Shown here: piece by piece, positions 46,166-46,350 of the stretch | Layout of the letters: every line of letters starts with the position of its first letter | Position numbering within the stretch: the first letter of the stretch is position 1 | NCBI GenBank assembly: GCA_964371255.1 | Contig: CAYJKV010000002.1 | Span: 196,553 to 242,902 of the forward strand | Source: an uncultured Candidatus Saccharibacteria bacterium | GTDB lineage: Bacteria > Patescibacteriota > Andersenbacteria > UBA10190 | Direction of reading: 5' to 3' | DNA: 46,350 nt | The notes under the pieces: model-generated | The model's database searches: none | The model's input: the letters and a program-made list of their open reading frames with translations, nothing else | What the model was told of the DNA's origin: nothing | Position numbers and translations under genes: made by a program

Positions 46166-46217
46166 TATATTGCGTCTACACCTGGAAAAATATGTTGAGG
46201 ATATTTTAGTAAATATT

Positions 46218-46247
46218 AAAAACCCCCTTTGATATAATCGCTGGGGG
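46218..46247 (-). terminator. Candidate terminator of an upstream minus-strand gene lying outside the window
   Basis: On the minus strand: CCCCC, a 15 nt loop, GGGGG, then UUUUU. The architecture matches the hairpin at 4041..4075. Confidence 0.35.
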
Positions 46248-46350
46248 AAATCTAATTATTTAAATGCTTATCTTTACCTATCTTCAGCGAGGGACTTTTT
46301 TATCCAAAGTTGTCTAAAGTTGTCTTAAGCAAAAAACGGACAGTATAAAA

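Noticed and set aside
45329-46232. Four track ORFs: 45329..45607 (-), 45342..45647 (+), 45644..45856 (+) and 45963..46232 (+).
   Set aside because: They lie on top of the RNase P RNA gene, whose conserved core motifs, promoter and terminator explain the whole region.
1-46350. Mobile elements, prophage or defence islands, and use of an alternative genetic code.
   Set aside because: I recognised no transposase, integrase, recombinase, restriction, Cas or abortive-infection signature. All long genes are intact under the standard bacterial code, so there is no sign of stop-codon reassignment.

Overview
This 46.35 kb window is almost entirely one minus-strand cell-envelope glycan super-cluster, bounded on the right by an RNase P RNA gene. 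There are no transposases, integrases, CRISPR arrays, tRNAs or rRNAs.

From the right end to the left, the modules are:
1. rnpB with its own promoter and terminator.
2. A Wzx/Wzy-like block: a WbaP-type phosphoglycosyltransferase, three GT4 enzymes, a short Wzz-like protein, a 954-aa DUF4012 protein and MurJ.
3. lepA and a small membrane protein.
4. A nucleotide-sugar block: rmlC, a split transketolase plus transaldolase, rmlD, a complete ADP-L-glycero-D-manno-heptose pathway (gmhA, hldA, gmhB, hldC, hldD) and rmlA.
5. A polyprenyl-phosphate GT2, a GT4, one plus-strand orphan membrane protein and a GalE-like SDR.
6. A lipid-linked-donor block: two large GT-C enzymes, a calcium-repeat surface protein, a HAD-UbiA fusion, DprE1-like and DprE2-like enzymes, an AsnB-type amidotransferase and another GT-C.
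7. An 870 bp structured non-coding gap.
8. A GNAT, a fourth GT-C, a divergent pilin-like gene and a fifth GT-C. The fifth GT-C runs off the left edge and is absent from the ORF track.

The most interesting hypothesis is a mycobacterial-type polyprenyl-phospho-D-arabinofuranose donor pathway that feeds an expanded GT-C set next to a pilin-like gene. The gene content suggests this is not a Corynebacteriales genome and may be a CPR/Patescibacteria-like one, but that is inference only.

Secondary observations:
- rnpB is oversized, at about 622 nt, with a 21 bp perfect P12 stem.
- There are two long non-coding spacers.
- Several promoters have leaderless geometry.

Most short plus-strand ORFs in the track are antisense shadows of the minus-strand genes.
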